A DNA stretch of 64,000 bases, from positions 29,636,001 through 29,700,000 of the forward strand of contig OZ281494.1 in assembly GCA_965637545.1 (NCBI GenBank), read 5' to 3'. The translations under genes and the position numbers were made by a program. Each line of letters starts with the position of its first letter. Position 1 is the stretch's first letter. The notes under the pieces are model-generated. The model saw only the letters and a program-made list of their open reading frames with translations. It made no database searches and was not told the origin of the DNA. Shown here one piece after another: positions 1 through 15,800 of the stretch. The DNA is from Phallusia mammillata. Lineage: Eukaryota.

Positions 1-818
1 ACGGCGCAGTCGGCACGCAATAGAGATTTTATCTGCGAGATGATCTCTATGTGAGTTACGGATTCGCACGATACGCATGTTTGTCGGCCAATCAGCGCTT
101 CGTAGCAAGCAATCTTATCGAGTTCGCGGGTTATGGCAAATTGCGTGTTGGAAAAATGTTTACCTAAAAAGGCGGTCTCTGCCTGCAAAGCCGCATGTCT
201 CGACGCCCTGTGTTTTTTTTCTGTGCCCTTGCATACTGATAACAACACCGATTGAATTGTAAGATTGGTGTACTACATGCTTTTTTGGTTACAGGTATAA
301 AGGCTGGCAGATTTTGATAATTTAATTTACATCAGTCTGGTTTGTCTTGTGTTATGACTGTGTTTGGTGAATTTGTGATAATGTTGTTTCTAATGGCGCT
401 CCACGTAAATTTACTCATGTAATACATTTTGCCTTGGGGTTATCCAAATTAAAATCAGAAAGCTCGTGGTGTCTTTCAAATAATATTTACGCTGTTTATA
501 ACAAGTTTAAATCACTGTACCGCTACCGATAACATTTAATAAGAGTCCCATGAAGGAAACGCGCATTTATATTTGTTCTGTTACCGTTTTCATTTGAGAA
601 ATAATTATCGGTTCTATTTTAGACCCCAAAACTCTTTGGCATTTAAATGGATCACGATCTGTGGCTCTTGGCTCTAATTTTCACTCTGGCGTTTCTCAAA
701 AACACGCATTTTTGCAACGATCGTTTTGCAGCGCCCCTAGTTCATTTCTGTCCAACCGTTTTTGTTTTTGGTGTTAAACCAATTGCTGTCATCACGTAAA
801 TTCATTTTATTTTTGCAG

Positions 819-3800
819 GTAAAACACAAAGAAGGTCGGGACGTATGTGACGCCGAATTGCGAGTGTTACGTCGAGTCAGGCACGAATACATCGTTCAAC
901 TCATTGAAGTCTTCGAGGTAAGGTTTCATACTTGCTACAACCCTCACCTAGGATGTGTACGTATGTTTATTGATCAATAAAGGAAGTGCTTGGAACGCTA
1001 CTTGCTTCCTGAACAACTTCTGTAACTTATTCGAGAACAAACATTGTTACTCGGTTTAGAGATATGTTGGTTCGTAATAATCAAGGTTATATGTTTTTCT
1101 TATTTATGCAAATGATTTCGTTGTGTTTTTTTGCTGTGTTTAACTTGAACTATTTGAAATTTGTTAATCGGCCGATCAAGGTTGCAAAGGAACAAATGAA
1201 ATAAATGTTTGCCGACTCAGTAAGGGTAAAAACAGGAGAAAATTTTCGAATGTGTTTGATCTAAGCAACATTGACTTTTTAGGAAAAAAAACACAGAAAG
1301 CTTTTTTAAGAAAAAAAAACAGAGCAGTCAAAACGTGTTTGAATCTTTTGTCTTATGTGCAGCTCCAATCGTCTTTGTTTTATGTTGTTTGGGTAGATTT
1401 TAGCACGTACACATACTTAACACTGATCTTATTACATATATATATATCCACAAATCACTTTCAACATATCTCATTTTCAGGGTCCTGACAAGGTTTATAT
1501 GGTGATGCAGTTAGCCACAGGAGGCGAGCTCTTTGACCGAATCATCCAACGCGGCAGTTTTTCTGAACGGGACGCCGTTAAAGTTCTACAGATGATCTTA
1601 GAGGCCGTGAGGTACCTCCATTCGCTCGGCATTACGCACAGAGACTTAAAACCTGAAAACTTGCTTTACTACCATCCTGGAAATGATTCTAAACTTCTGT
1701 TGACCGATTTTGGACTTGCCTCGACCCGGCGTTCGGGCGACGACCCTACTATGACGACAACATGTGGAACGCCAGAATATATTGCCCCGGAGGTAAAAAT
1801 TAGTTTAATTGTTGATTTTAAACCTTATAAAAGTACGTATTTTGTTTTGCGTGTATTTTAGCAGGAACCTGTGTTGGGCCTCTCGCCGACCGCTAAGAAT
1901 CACCTAAATTCATTAAATAAGTTGGTTGACGTTCGAATCCCTAAAATTATGTCGATTTAAAGTGATCATTTAACGCTCAGTTTGGTCGCAGTAATGGGCG
2001 TTTACGTGGGAGAATGTTGGTGTATCAAACTGTGTAGCGTTTAAACCGAATATCCCCCATATGCAATTGAACAATGCCGACTTATAACAGTGTTTTTTAA
2101 CAATCCAGCCACCTAGGATTACCGTATATCACGAAAATCAGTAACCCCGAAAAAAATGAATTTCATTCATAAAAACTCCCTGGTCCCAAAATCATAATTT
2201 ATAAAAACTCCCTGGTCCTAAAATCATAATTCAGTTTTGCGGCATTGAGCTTTTTGCAAAACCTTTACACACTGTTCTATTGTTTTATCAGTAATTTTAG
2301 CGGTCGAAAAGTTTCGAGAAAGTTCAACTGAAATTGATTTATTCTTGTCTATCAACAATCAGCGTCTGTTTTTCGGGAGGTCGACAAAAACACAAAGAAA
2401 TGGCGTCGGCTAAAGTACATCACACTTACAACAGACGCACGCGTGTCAGCAATATTTTCACACCTACAGCTACGAAATCCGACGCCGTTTTATCTGTATC
2501 ATGTGAAACATACGCGGTGGGCCTTACAGCTTAGGTGTTAAACCCCGGATCCGGTAGCAATACAACACACGCCACAGCCATTGTGTGTTCACACCTACGT
2601 AACAATAGACCCTTTGTCACGACAACAATGAAAATATATGCTCGCTTACTGCGAAAGTGTGAGGTTCTTGTAAACGGAATTTTGTATATTTCTATCTAAT
2701 ATCAACTATGTATTATGGCGAATAAATGTCATTCATGCCTTATTGAGCATTATTACTATTTTATATATTTTTCATGCTAGCATTTGTCTAAAAGTGCCCT
2801 TAAAAACACTTAACATTTTATGTTTATCCAGGTTTTACAAAGGAAACCATATACTTGTTCGGTCGATGGTTGGGCTTTAGGAGTCATAACCTATATTCTA
2901 CTCAGTGGTACAATGCCATTCGACGATGAAAATAAGGGAAAGCTATACAGAATGATCATTCGCGGTGACTATACTTTCAATGGAGACGTGAGTACCACTT
3001 GTGATACCCTTAGTTGTATGACATTTCACACAGGAGACGGGAACGTCGGTTTAGAGATGGGTTATGCGAGGTTGTCTAAAATTTCATATGGGATTGAACT
3101 GAACCAACTAACCGTTTCTGCGTTTTTTGGTTTCCCTTTTTTACCAGTATTTGATAAAACCTAAAATGTTATTCAAACTGTTAAAGTTTTCTCAATAAGA
3201 CAGTTGTTTTTTATATAAATTTTTCGGGAAATTCAACTTTAAATGAGCCTTGGGCAAATGTAACAACCTTATAAAGTGGCATTATGAAATTATTAAACGT
3301 TTATTGTTAAAACGTTTTTTACGTAATGCCAAGAAATTAAATTATAAAAGGTTTTGTTTTGCCTTAAACCAAGATTATCATTAATAAAATCAATCCCATA
3401 AGCAGGTTTCACATAACACAGTCAAAACCTCAGCAAAACAACACTTCAAGCCAATCATCATCTACCAGTATGCAAAATTTTTCACAGAATATATTTCTGT
3501 AACAAAGGTTGCTTAAAAAATACCAAATTATAGCCAATACATTCCGGAAAGGTGCTTAATGTCGAAAATATTTCAACCATTGAAACTTTCCGAGCAATTT
3601 GAAGTGGAAAAAATAAAATCGTGACGGATTACGATGCTAAGAACAATAGCCATGAAGCCTTGACTTAAAGTTGAGACGTTGAGCGACGATAAAAAATAAG
3701 CTGACTGATTGCATTCCTGTAGGCCGCGCGCAAGAGCACAAAAGAAACCCGGATTTCAATTTTTACTTGCGTGCTTAATGAGAAAGAAGGCCCGCGGGTT

Positions 3801-6800
3801 ATTCAACAAAATTGTCGTTTCGTGATGTTTGTCTCGACAAGCCAACAGCCTTAACTACCACCTTCGCTTATCCTGGACCGTTGCCTTTACTTGCTATGTT
3901 AAATTAATCGGATTTATGGTGCTCAACCGTCTGATAGCTCTTTCCAGTGGTCCATTGTTTTTTTAAGTTTCAAATGTTTGTTTTGTGGCCGACAGAGGTT
4001 TTTAATTTCCTTCGTTTTAGGATTTCATGCACTGCCCACCTCGCTTTTTTACGGCCGGCTTAAGAGGCTATACGGTTGTTTGGAGTGTGGACAGTGAGAG
4101 CGATTTTAAAAGTTTACATAAGCTTTCTGGCCAGGTTTTGGTTTCAGTCCGGTTAATTATGTGCCACACAGATTTGATTAAAGATTTTAATAACTGCAGT
4201 TCCCTTGTTTGTGGAAATATACAATCCTTTGCCTGTGACATTTGTAACAAATGAACATTTTACTATTATTTGCATTTTCGAACAAATTTACAATTTAGTC
4301 AACTTGGCAGAGACAATTAAAATTGCATTTATCTCCAATAAATATAATCTTACTTTTATCAACAACCAATACAAAAAAGTTTTCACGATTTGGGCTAATG
4401 TTCTCATTTTTTTATGTGCATACACGCAAGCTAATAAGTATACTGGGAGCACTGTATATATGACTTATTCATGTATATTTTACATTCCTCAATTGTTTTT
4501 GCGCGTTAAAAATGTGCAAATGTACCAAAATTAATCTTCAGGCCATTTTCGTAACCATTTTGCGCTCTGTCTTGGCCTATATTTACCACATAGATTTAAA
4601 GTACAATTCGCGCGAAAAATTACTTGACCTTCGCTAGTCCAATATCGTCGTTGTAATTTTAACGTCACCCACTGGCACGCTAAGACGTAGTGACGCCAAT
4701 AGCTCTATCATACTGGCATTTGGACCATTTGCAAACACCGCTCCTACATTTAAACTTTCGCCCAGTTATCTAGGTACGATCTGAGGTCAAATGATAGCAT
4801 TTTCTCGAAGCGCCGTAGCCCGAAATCGCTACAAGGGACTCTTTTAACTGTTTGCTTGAATCTGTGCAAAGGTTGCGTGCTGTTTTGCTAAGATTTAAAC
4901 TTTAAGTATGTAAAGATACGGACCCTAGAACTGACCTTTCCTTAGATATAAATTGAAGTATGTACTTATACGAAATTCATATTTTATCGTTGTTTTTGGC
5001 GTTTTGGGCCAAGAAAACACACTTGCGAAACCAATTGTTATATTTATTCATGCGATTTCTCATTAACACTGATCAATGTTTTACAACCAACAATGTACAT
5101 TGCACATATCTTTCGCGAATTGCTGCGCCCCGTTAGTTTTTGCTATCTATTAGCAAAATTTTTGCTATCTACATATTCAGAACCACGAAAACAGCCTTGA
5201 ATGTTTGTTTTTTTGAGCGATGTGGAGTCCTATAAAATGTAGAAAACCATCAGTTTCGCTTAAAAATAGCCGAACTGCTATTGTTAATGTATGTCTATTC
5301 CAGTTCAATTTTCTACACTCTCGCCATTACAACTTTATGATAAACACGTTTACAAGTTGTTTTATAGAATTTAGAGTCATATAAACGAAAAGGTATTCAG
5401 TAACGTGAATTGAAATGAGTCAAACTATCAATGTTAAATCGAGTAAAAAGTTCAAATTCTTGCCATTACATTTTTTTAACAGCTTAAAATGTTGTTTTAT
5501 TAAATTTAGAGACATACAGACCTACAAAATGTATCAAAAATATAACGTTAGTTAAATCAGCCAAGCTAGCATCTTTTGGGCCGGGTGAAATTTTCAAATT
5601 CACCTTTTGGAGAATTCAGAGGCACAGAGAACAATAAAATGTATTGAAAATGTAGAAGTTGTCCCGTTCCTCTAAATCAGCCAACATACATTATTTAGTC
5701 CCTCAGGTAAAATTTTCAAATTCTCGCCATTACAAGATTATTATTTCCGCAGCCATGGCCGCAAGTCTCCCAAGCAGCCAAGGATTTTGTGACCGGTTTT
5801 CTAACGCTGAATCCGGAAGAACGACTTTCCCCTGCAAAAGCTCTCAAACACCAATGGGTCGCAAACCATTCGATCCAGTCGAACAAAAACCTCCACAGGT
5901 AACATTAAGCTACTTATCCGGTAATGCGGCATCCTTTTGCGGATGTGAATTAGCCTAAGGGTAGCTGACTTGTTTAATGTCACTTGAATTTGTAACACAC
6001 AACGTGTGTGTGTATGCCCTGCCAAATAGTTTCATAATTATATCGTTCCTTATTGCTTTTTTGTATCAGATAATTCGACGATTTTTTTGGACTGAAAACA
6101 CTTTTTGGTGTTTAAACTATAAAAACGTTTTCAAAGATTTTTATAGGGTGTTTTGGGCTGCAACAGTCAAACGTTATTTAATTTTTTTAGTTTTTTGCCG
6201 TTTTTTAGACACTAATTTCGATTTTCGTGAATTTATTTGAAATTCCAAGCCTTAAGGTCAAATTCTAAACCGAAGTTTTCATGTAAGCAAATATATACAG
6301 CATTTCCGGTATATGCAAGCGAAATACGAACGCGGCTTTTACTTTTAAGAAAACCGTACTCACATCCCAAAGTCCATGACTCATATATACCTATTTGTCA
6401 CATATATAGACAGTTTGTGATCACATTTAGAAATCCAGCAATTAAAGTTACGAATATCCAAACGGCACGACATTGCGTGAAACGTGCAGTGCTGAAAATT
6501 CTCTGGTTTTACGAATATTTGATTTTGCAGCTTTAAACGTTAAACTGACATTTGTGGTAATAAACGCAGCTGCAGCTTTTCCACAAATGAGGTTTTGGTA
6601 AATTTTTATACCGGTGTGGCGAATGTAATTGTAATACCGCTTCAGAGAGTGCCTGTTTTTTGACAAATTTTTCTTTAAGATTTTCAAGCGGTTTGCGCAA
6701 CAAGTAATTGGTGGCTTTAATCCCCACTTGGACTTTAAGTATTGTAAAGTTGCAACAGTGAGCTCAAAAAGGCTTGTATAACCAGATTTCGAGCCGTGCT

Positions 6801-9800
6801 TCTCAAGGCAGATTCGGGCTTTGAGTTTGCATAAAACAGGCTTCATTCGGGCCTGACTTTACACTTAGGATCTTTTGTGCCGCAATTGGGCCCTGTTTTA
6901 TAAAAAGTTGGGTTCGGGCCCGGGTTGAGCCTCGTACTTTAGGGTTTGGGTCCAAATTTTATAGGCCAGTATACAACTATAGCATATAGTGTGTAAAAAA
7001 TCTTATTCACATAACTTGCTCCTTTTTTCAAAGTTTGTATGATTTTTATGTTCCCAAAGTTGTATTTCAAACAGATTTTTTATTGCTAATAACATATTTA
7101 ACACTACAGTACTTAATATTTTGCGTTTGGGCAGAATGACAGTGCAAAATTTTCGCGTGGGTGTCCTAAGCGGGAAAAACACTTGAAGCTAGATTACGTG
7201 GTCACTGGTCTGAGATTGCGTACACATAATTGCAAGGCGGACAAAATGTGACGCGAAAATGGTGCGAGAAAAAATGTTTACCGCGAAACCTGTTTTTTGG
7301 ATTAGATCTGGGAAGCAAAGATATTATTTTCTGCTACGTGGCAGTAACTAAAAAAGTATATGCGTGTTTTAGCCATGTTGAAATATATGTATAAACAAGT
7401 AAGTAAGTTTATTTGCACTAAACGATTACATCGAAAAAAGATGTTAAAAATATTCATTTTTTGGATGTGCTTTGACAGTTTTTTTTTGTGTTTTTTCTTG
7501 GTTTTGCAAAATTTGATCCACTTTTTTCCTGTGTCACTTTGCACAACACTACAGTTCATTCTCAGTGTGATGTGAAATCAATTCGTAGGTAAAACTACTA
7601 AAATTCAAATGAAATTAATCCAATACCCAGTGTACAAAACCTCCGACCAAACAGGATTAACCGGTTTACGATTTTTTTACAAAACAAATATATGGTCTAA
7701 GTTTTACAATCTTGAGTTCCTTATTACAAACGAATTTGAGTCGAAATTTTCAGGCAAAAATAAACAGAATTTCTCGCAGGTTGCTCAGAAGACAAAACCA
7801 CAAAACAATTTCTTTCGCTGAAGTCGAAAAATCATTTGCATATATTCGTCCGTAAAAAGCACGCACGCTAACTTAAAAAAAAGTCCCGTTTGAGCTTGTT
7901 GAAAATCTTAAATTAACATTAAATCGTTAGTTTGGAGACGAAGATTTCGCCGAACACTTCAGATTTCAGTGTCCGTTGATCGTTAATTGTTCGTCCGACC
8001 TTGGGAACCGCGCTAAGCTTATCTTTTAATGTTGCGTTTGTCCGCACTTTGACCCCGTTTTCGTGTATGATTTCTATAGTCTTGTTTGATCGGACGTTAC
8101 GTGGCGTTATACGTTTTCAAGTGCTTGGAATTCGGCTGTCTGTTGTCAGTGTGTTTGCTTCAAGGACGATCGCTCTGTTTTGGTTAAATGGGTGTATTGC
8201 CTTTAATTGGCTTGACACCGTTTTTCGGGTAATAGGGCATTTGAATGTTTGGAATTTGTTTAATAATACAGATCAGAAATTGAGGAAAACAATACTATGT
8301 TGTATAGATTAGTATTTAAATTTACAAATTTTGCATTTCTAAAAAAACATTTGAATTACGGAACGCTACATTTAAATTTATTCCTTTCCAAAACGTAAAA
8401 GTTTAAGTTTTATTTTTTTGTGATTGTAGGTCATTTTGAAGCGAATTTAAAGCAATAAAATAACAAAACGTGGTCCCTCATGTCGTACTTTTAATGGCTG
8501 TATGTCTTTTGTGACGCCTTGAGTATAATAGAATCGTTAAGTACTTTTTCATAAAAAGAAATGTCTGTTGAAATGTATTTTTTGTTCTAATGAAAATATG
8601 TAAATATAAATTTATGGAAATCGAAATCAAAAAAGTCCGCCGTTTTGTGGACAATGTAAATAAACTGTCGTAAATAAACGAAGACAAATATTTCACACAA
8701 TTTTTTTTCTAATTTCCAAGAAAAACGGCTTTCAGTTTACCTTTAAAGTCGGTTAGGTAATTGATTACATAATATTTTGTAAACTCCAAAATCGAACGGA
8801 AATTTAAAGATACCCAGAACCTAAAACACACTTACCCTTTTAACAATAGAATTATCATCCTCAGTTTATTTTTGCCGTCGGGCCACGTTAATATTTGTCC
8901 TAGCAGTCTATCGGCACCGCTAATAATGGGGCTTTGTTCGGTCATAAAGGCTATTTCTCGCAAGGATGCTTACAAAAGCAACACTGACGCTGTTTATCAG
9001 GTAACCATCTATCAACAGAGCGCTCTGCTCTTCAAAATTCCGGTTCTGTGCGAAAAAAACGTACATTGCTTCCGTGTTTCACGAAATTGTGATGACACAA
9101 TGTGCATTGTGTACTCTAAAGTTTATAATTAGCGAATGACCGCACCGTAAATGATTAGGCATTTTTTGTTTTACCAATAATAATAAACTGTGCATTTTTG
9201 CAAGAAATTTCTTTGTTAAGGTTGAACGTAGTCGCAGTGAAAAACTATTGCGTGTTTTCATTCAAAACGGTCCAGGTGTGTCATTCAAATTGTTGGTTAG
9301 GTTAAATGTAACACATTGTACCAAAATCACAAAAACTATTTTTATTCTTTCCATATTTTTCCCCCTTCGATTTTTGTTGATATCAGATTCACTCTTGCAA
9401 ACTTTGTGCCTTATTTTTTTCGGCAAACAAGGTTTGTTTTTTTAGCATTCCTGGCTTGTGGTTGTTGTGATTGCCATGCCTGGAGTATTTTGGCAATGGA
9501 AAGTGGCCCACATTGCAGCTTAACTTGTAAATTGAAATCAAGTTCGACCAACAACTTGAAATTTCAAAAGGTTTTTATCGGCAGAAGGTGGAATTATAGG
9601 ATTTTGTGGCCACAGCCGTTTTGTCAAGTCTGAAAAAGTGTTGCTTCTACGACGTTTGTTGGTCTTGTCTGGATGTTTGCGACTAAACTGAAACTTTCAA
9701 TTTGATCGTTTAAAACCAACAATCTATCCTAGACCAGATTGTATTGCATGTCATCTTAAACAGTTTTTATTGCACATCCTTTTGCACGTCAAGTTTAAGC

Positions 9801-12800
9801 AGTGTCATTCTTTAAGTTTTTTGCATCCTTTTGCGTAAACCGAATTTTCAAGCTTTTGTGTTATCTAGGTCTAGGAGTTAGCAATACGAATCAAAAACCT
9901 TAAAAAAATAGCAGCGTTTAACCTCATATGTATCGTTTTAACCATCAAGGATTAAACAAAATCGTGCAATATCCCTCAACAAATTATGAATTAACCTAAT
10001 TCGCACTTACAAAAGTCAAGTCATAAAGAAACAGGAACATTACAGGCTTTAAGATGCTTAATTAAAAGTCAAAAAAGTATTGTATATCTGCTAAGGTCAA
10101 CATACACACGTATACTGGGAATGCTTGGGAGACCGGCTTCACTCGGTAAAACGCCTTCAATGGGTCTGACATACTATGGAATCTTGTATGTAGCTGTCAT
10201 AAAAATGTGCGGCAGTTTTGACTAGTAACAAATAACTTAAAAATTCACCGAAACGGCATTTTTTCGCCGTTGCAACAATCTCATGAAATCGGTAAATCTC
10301 GATAAAGCTGAAACAATCGGATTAATTGACCGCTTGCAGTTCGCGGAAACTCTTAACGTTGTAATAAGTCGTGATCAGACCTGGTATCGATGTTGGCCTT
10401 CTTTCGTTACTCTGTTTACAAACTTCCGAGACCTGTATGCCTTTCTTTTGACAAGGTCTCCTAAACAATGCCCATGTTATAGTAAGTCGATCAAATTTTG
10501 TCGCGATTTTGTAATCAAATGTTATGTCTTTAAATTGTTCGACTTGTTTCTGCGAAAGGTCAATCCAGTTTAAAGTGATTGTTCGGGTATTTTTGAAAGC
10601 TTAAAAGTAAAATGTATGATTAGCATATAAAGAAAATAAAAGAAAGTGAAATGTATGATTAATATTGAACGAACAAAAAGAAACCGAATGTGCTTTCCAC
10701 AATATTCTGTCCATTTTGTCCTGATATTTGCCACAACCGAAATGGTCAGTTCGTTGATGGCCTGGTCACTACTAAATTGGAGAATAGTACGATGTTTAGG
10801 CATGTTGAAAGTGATTGCGTGAAATCTATTTATTTCACAATAACTGTTGTAAACTTGCTACAGAAATTTTCAATTCATTGCAAAGTCGCATAACGAGAGT
10901 CGAGTTTTGGACACAGTCACTTTTTTGGCAATTGATGTTTAGAACGCCAAAGTGTTGATGTCTTTTTACACATTTCTTTATGTGGATATTACCTGGTTCT
11001 TACACTCACATTGTATTTTTCATGTGTATAACTTTTACCAAACTGATTTATTCCTTCCATGGGTGGTTATTTCACACTTTTTGGTGCAAACGCCCGCCCG
11101 GCCAAGTTAACTATCCGTTGAGACTGATGCACGTACATAAATTCGTCTTCTTCGCCAAATTAATTTTTTACGCAACATACGAGTAGATGTTTATTATTAA
11201 TCCAAGCTCATAGCATCGCCACAGTGTTTTCGGTTCATCCAAACCGGTTCCGTCGGACGCCGCACGATTCAAACATGACACCATCTAACTCAATATGCAG
11301 GTTTCAAATCTTCACATCACATAAACGGTGTCAACAAGTAGCAACCAAAACTACTTGAAATATCAGTGTGAGCTCGCAAGCAATATTTGTGGCCATAGCT
11401 TCGTGATAGGGCCGTCACTAAACCGTACCAACACAGGACCTCTCGAGGCCGACACTTGTCTCTGTGGTGACTTGCAGTGCCGATATACTGGCTGTTTCTG
11501 TCGCACTAAAGCCGCAGAATGTGCAGTGTTAAAAGATTAGCTTTGTAGTTGCTGGTACCGTGTGGTTTTCGGCTTGTTCTCTAGGCACTAATTCGGAGGG
11601 AACACCCTGGTCAAAACACTCAATGACGTAGGGCACTGGCCCGTGCTACCTTCTTACGTCACCTCGGTACGTCAGTTTAAACAAAGTTTAGGTTTTATAC
11701 ACGTTTGTATGTTTCGTTTAGGAGAAATGTACAGCTTAGGTTGTTTCCGTGCCTGATTAAAAATTATGTAATAATAGAAAATAGTCTATTGTGTAAATTG
11801 TATAAAAAGGGAAGGCCTCCTTTGTGAAACTTGTTTTGCCTATTCAAATATCTAGAAATTAATTTTCAACCTGTAACAGCGTATTACGTACGTTAATATT
11901 ATGCTAATAGTAAAATTCACAAACCATCTAAATAAAGATTTGTCATTATTCGAAAAAAGCCCGGTCACAAAATAACAATCCACAAGTTTCCAGAATAATT
12001 TGGAACTTCCCGTTTTACTTGTTTTAAAATTTTGAGCGAGTAGGACAATCTTTTTTTGGCCAGAAAAACTTGATGTAAAAGTGGGTGGTGAAGTAAAAAC
12101 ATTGAGAAGCTTCGGCCTAAACATCAGTCCTTACTCATATGAATAAATTACCTTCTTCCTGTAACTCCAACCTTGATGCCCAGCAGGTTTAGTTCTTTTA
12201 AAAGTTCTCGGTCATAATCTGTGTGGAGTTGCGAGCATCGGTAAAACAATTCATTAATCATCGTACCGTCGGCGCCTTTGGCTTATTCCTTGAATAACAG
12301 GCATCCATTGTATGGACGAGATATAAATTTGTAAATATCAGGTCGCCTGATCCACTGGTATGTGTGGGCAAACGATTTGTTGTTCACCAACACTCAGACC
12401 TTATTGCGCAAGAATGTTGAAAAAGATTTGTGCTACGAATTTAAGTACAGTGGTTCCAAACCTAATGTTTAAAAATCTACATGTAACAGTAATATATGGG
12501 CTTCATAAAAAAGCAGAAAAAAATTGTTACTTTTATATTTCATTGCAAAAGAATTTTAAGAAGGATTTCAACACTGGTGCTAAAAGTTTATTTAAAATTT
12601 TGTGGTTGCGTTGAAAATATCCTTGACTGTGTGGTTGCTCATTCTCTCGTTTACCGGGTATGTGGTTTTAAACATTTAGATTAGATACATGGCGAAGCAT
12701 CAATGAACCCCTGGATGCCTTCACGACTGTATTTTGTGTAAACAACAGCATGTCTATAATTAAAATAAGACTTCAAGTGCACTTAATATAGAGTATGATG

Positions 12801-15800
12801 ATTTTTATATGACTTAAAGGCAGTTTTAAGTATACATTATATCTTTGGAACACTTTACACGGATCTGTTTAAGTTCAATTAGGAAAATAACGGCCCAAGA
12901 ATACGTCTATTTTGGCCTTTATTTTTCTCATTAACATTACATCTTTATAGCGTGGTTTCAAAAGTTTTGTTTGACAAAATGTATTGTCATTGTGCTAAAA
13001 TCCGAAATGAAACAGAATAAAACATATTTTCAAAATACTTTAATTTATGCGGTATTGGGCGTTTTCAATTTCAAGATTCAATAAGAGCATAGGCGTCTTA
13101 CGAAGTAGAATATTTAATCAGTGGTTCAGTTAACTGGCAGTTAATTAAAACCGAGCTGTACAAAATCTTAACACCGGGCGGATATTGAGATGATTAAACC
13201 TGATATCAGCGTTTACGACAATCACCAATTACAACCCGTCGACAATAGCCCAGTATAGCTTCTGTACAATTCGTTCCACATACAAGTGCTGATTAAACGA
13301 TTTTGCATGTATGGAATTTCCCATTTTTGGAGTTTTTGTGTTCTGTGGTGGTTTTTGACGGCTTCTCGGAAATCGTGCATGGTAGATTTTAAGTCACCCA
13401 GTGTGTTAACACCGTTTTATAGACACTTGTTGTTAAGTGCGGTTTTACTTGCGAAAAATTTGTTTGGGAAGTTTTAGGCCTGTTTTTCATTGTAAAATAT
13501 GTAAAAACCGGTATACAATACACAGCCGGATTTGGGTGTGCTGAAATTGACTTTTTTTACTGTTTTTTTGCTGTAAAATATGTTAAAAATACTAGGCTTG
13601 ATGCCTTTTCTTTAATGACGAATATAACGTCTTAAACATACGCAAAAAGCGACATGCTTTATTATTTAAACGTTTCGGCAAATGCTCATGTCATCATCAG
13701 TAATGTGTCTTTTCCTATTTTCTTAAACTGTATTTTAACGTTTATTACGCATCATTTACATAAAATACGATGTAGGTCTTTTAAAAAGTTGCCTAAAAGG
13801 CAAAGGTGCAGAACATTGTGCTTGTTTGTTTTTGGTTACCTTAGGATGCGTCGACTCGCAAAGTTCGTACTCGTTTTATTTACATGCCCAAATCCCGAAT
13901 ATGGATTTAAACCAAAAATAGCTTTATAAGTATGAAACAAATGGATTTCATTTTTACATTGACGTGGGAAACTTCTTTAAAAGGTTCTGCTGAACGTGGG
14001 CATGCGCCGTGTTTTTGGCGACCAAATCCGGTATAGCGCATAAAATTCATTTGAGAAAGTGTTAACGATTTGATTCCGTATAATGTGATTAGAAACCGCA
14101 ATTATGCTTTGTGTTAAAACAAAACGGCCGGGCTTCAAACAAAAAAGCATCACGATCCAAAAATTCATCGTAATTCCATCAACAGAACGCTCCAAGGCAG
14201 ATTAAACAATATTAGCAGTTATCGTAGGCAGTCTGTTACCGTAACCTCCAGTTTGAATTGGATTTGCGGAGGTGTCTTGTCCCGTGACCAAGCAAACCGG
14301 TTAATTCCATGGTTTTACGTCTTCTGGTAATGTCACAAGGTTTTTAATCCAGATTTAGCTTTCAGACATTTTGTTTTCAGCAACGGTTTTCTTAAGTCGC
14401 ACCAACGACTGTCTGTCTTGCAAAACAAATATTTAAACAAAGTGCATGAAAATCGACTGTAAATAGAACTGAGATTTTTTGAGTCGATACCATATAATAA
14501 TTTCCCTGTTTTTCCAATCACACAGTTCAATGTTACCTTATCTGGGGTTTAATGTGTGAATTTAAATTTTTACTGTCATAAGTTTTTTCTGCGTATGGTT
14601 GGTTGCAGTGATTCGTTTGGATTTGACGTTGCTTGTATTAAATAAGCTTTGTGATATTTGCTTGTGAAACAGACTTTTATTTTAAAGAGTGGGAGCACTC
14701 TTTCGATAGTGGCAAACTTTTATGGGAAATACAACAGCAAAAGATACTATATGTATAAAATAAGTTGTAGCAATATTTGTGTTTTCTCTAATAAAAACCA
14801 GTCCAATGTTGCCGTATTCTGAATGCTAAACGTATTTTCAGTTTTGCACTAAAATCTTTTTGTCCAGAAAACTGTGCTTCTATTGTATGGTAATTTTTCA
14901 AAAACACATGCATTTTGTCGAAATTTTGTCATGGCCTGTGTCTGACCCTTTGTATCGTATTCTTAGCAGCCAAGCAAAGCCCTTCTGTGATTTGTAAAAT
15001 ATTTCGTGACATTTCAAACATAATTGCAGTGTTTTTTCGTTTTGACATCCGCATAATGCAGACTTCGAGGCTCTGTAATCGCTACAGCCATTGTGTGACA
15101 ACAAGCAAGTTGTGACGTAAACGGAAGTTAAGACAATGGCGTCCATTGACAGATTAACGGACTTGTGACGCTAATAACTGCCTTTATGCGTTAACAATGA
15201 CCCGGTGACCTTGGTTTACAAATGTACTCGTCCAGTAGAGACTTTGAATGAACTTTAGTTGGAGATAAAATCGAACTTGCAAAACACAACCATTTTCGAC
15301 CTCGTTTATTTGTAGCGTCAAGTCCAGTGTTTGACATTTGTGTTTTTTTAATTGTTGCCTAATTTTTCACGTTTGTTTAAAGGTGAATTATACCTATTTG
15401 GTTATTAGGTTGCTTCAATTTCAAATGTTTTTTTTATATATATTTAGCTGTTTGTTTAAATCAGTGGTTCCCAACCTTTATCGACGAATTCCTCACTTAA
15501 CAAATTAAAACATTATAATTCCTTCCCAATAGAGACCGTAGATGCTAAATCATACAAAGATTATTTAAAATTAGATTTTTTATCAACTTTACGGCTTATA
15601 TTCCCAGAACTGAAGTGTATATTTCAACCACACCTATCAATTAAAGTAAATTCCTCTGGTTTAAATTATTACATATAATTTGAAAAATATGAGAAATCTT
15701 GAATGATCGACTGATCGTAGTTTGAACTCAAATTAACAAACCCGTGGTTTTGCAATTCTCAGGTCGATTTCAACGAACCTATTAAAACGAGCTTCGTCAA

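Noticed and set aside
2169-2231. Two-copy tandem repeat of about 32 bp (similar short duplications at about 10600-10660, 28921-28946 and 50556-50601)
   Set aside because: These are ordinary intronic slippage duplications with no effect on splice sites.
5899-15762. Many 60-130 aa ORFs in the 9.9-kb PSKH1 intron
   Set aside because: They are low-complexity AT-rich translations with no recognisable domains or coherent exon chain, so no nested gene is supported.
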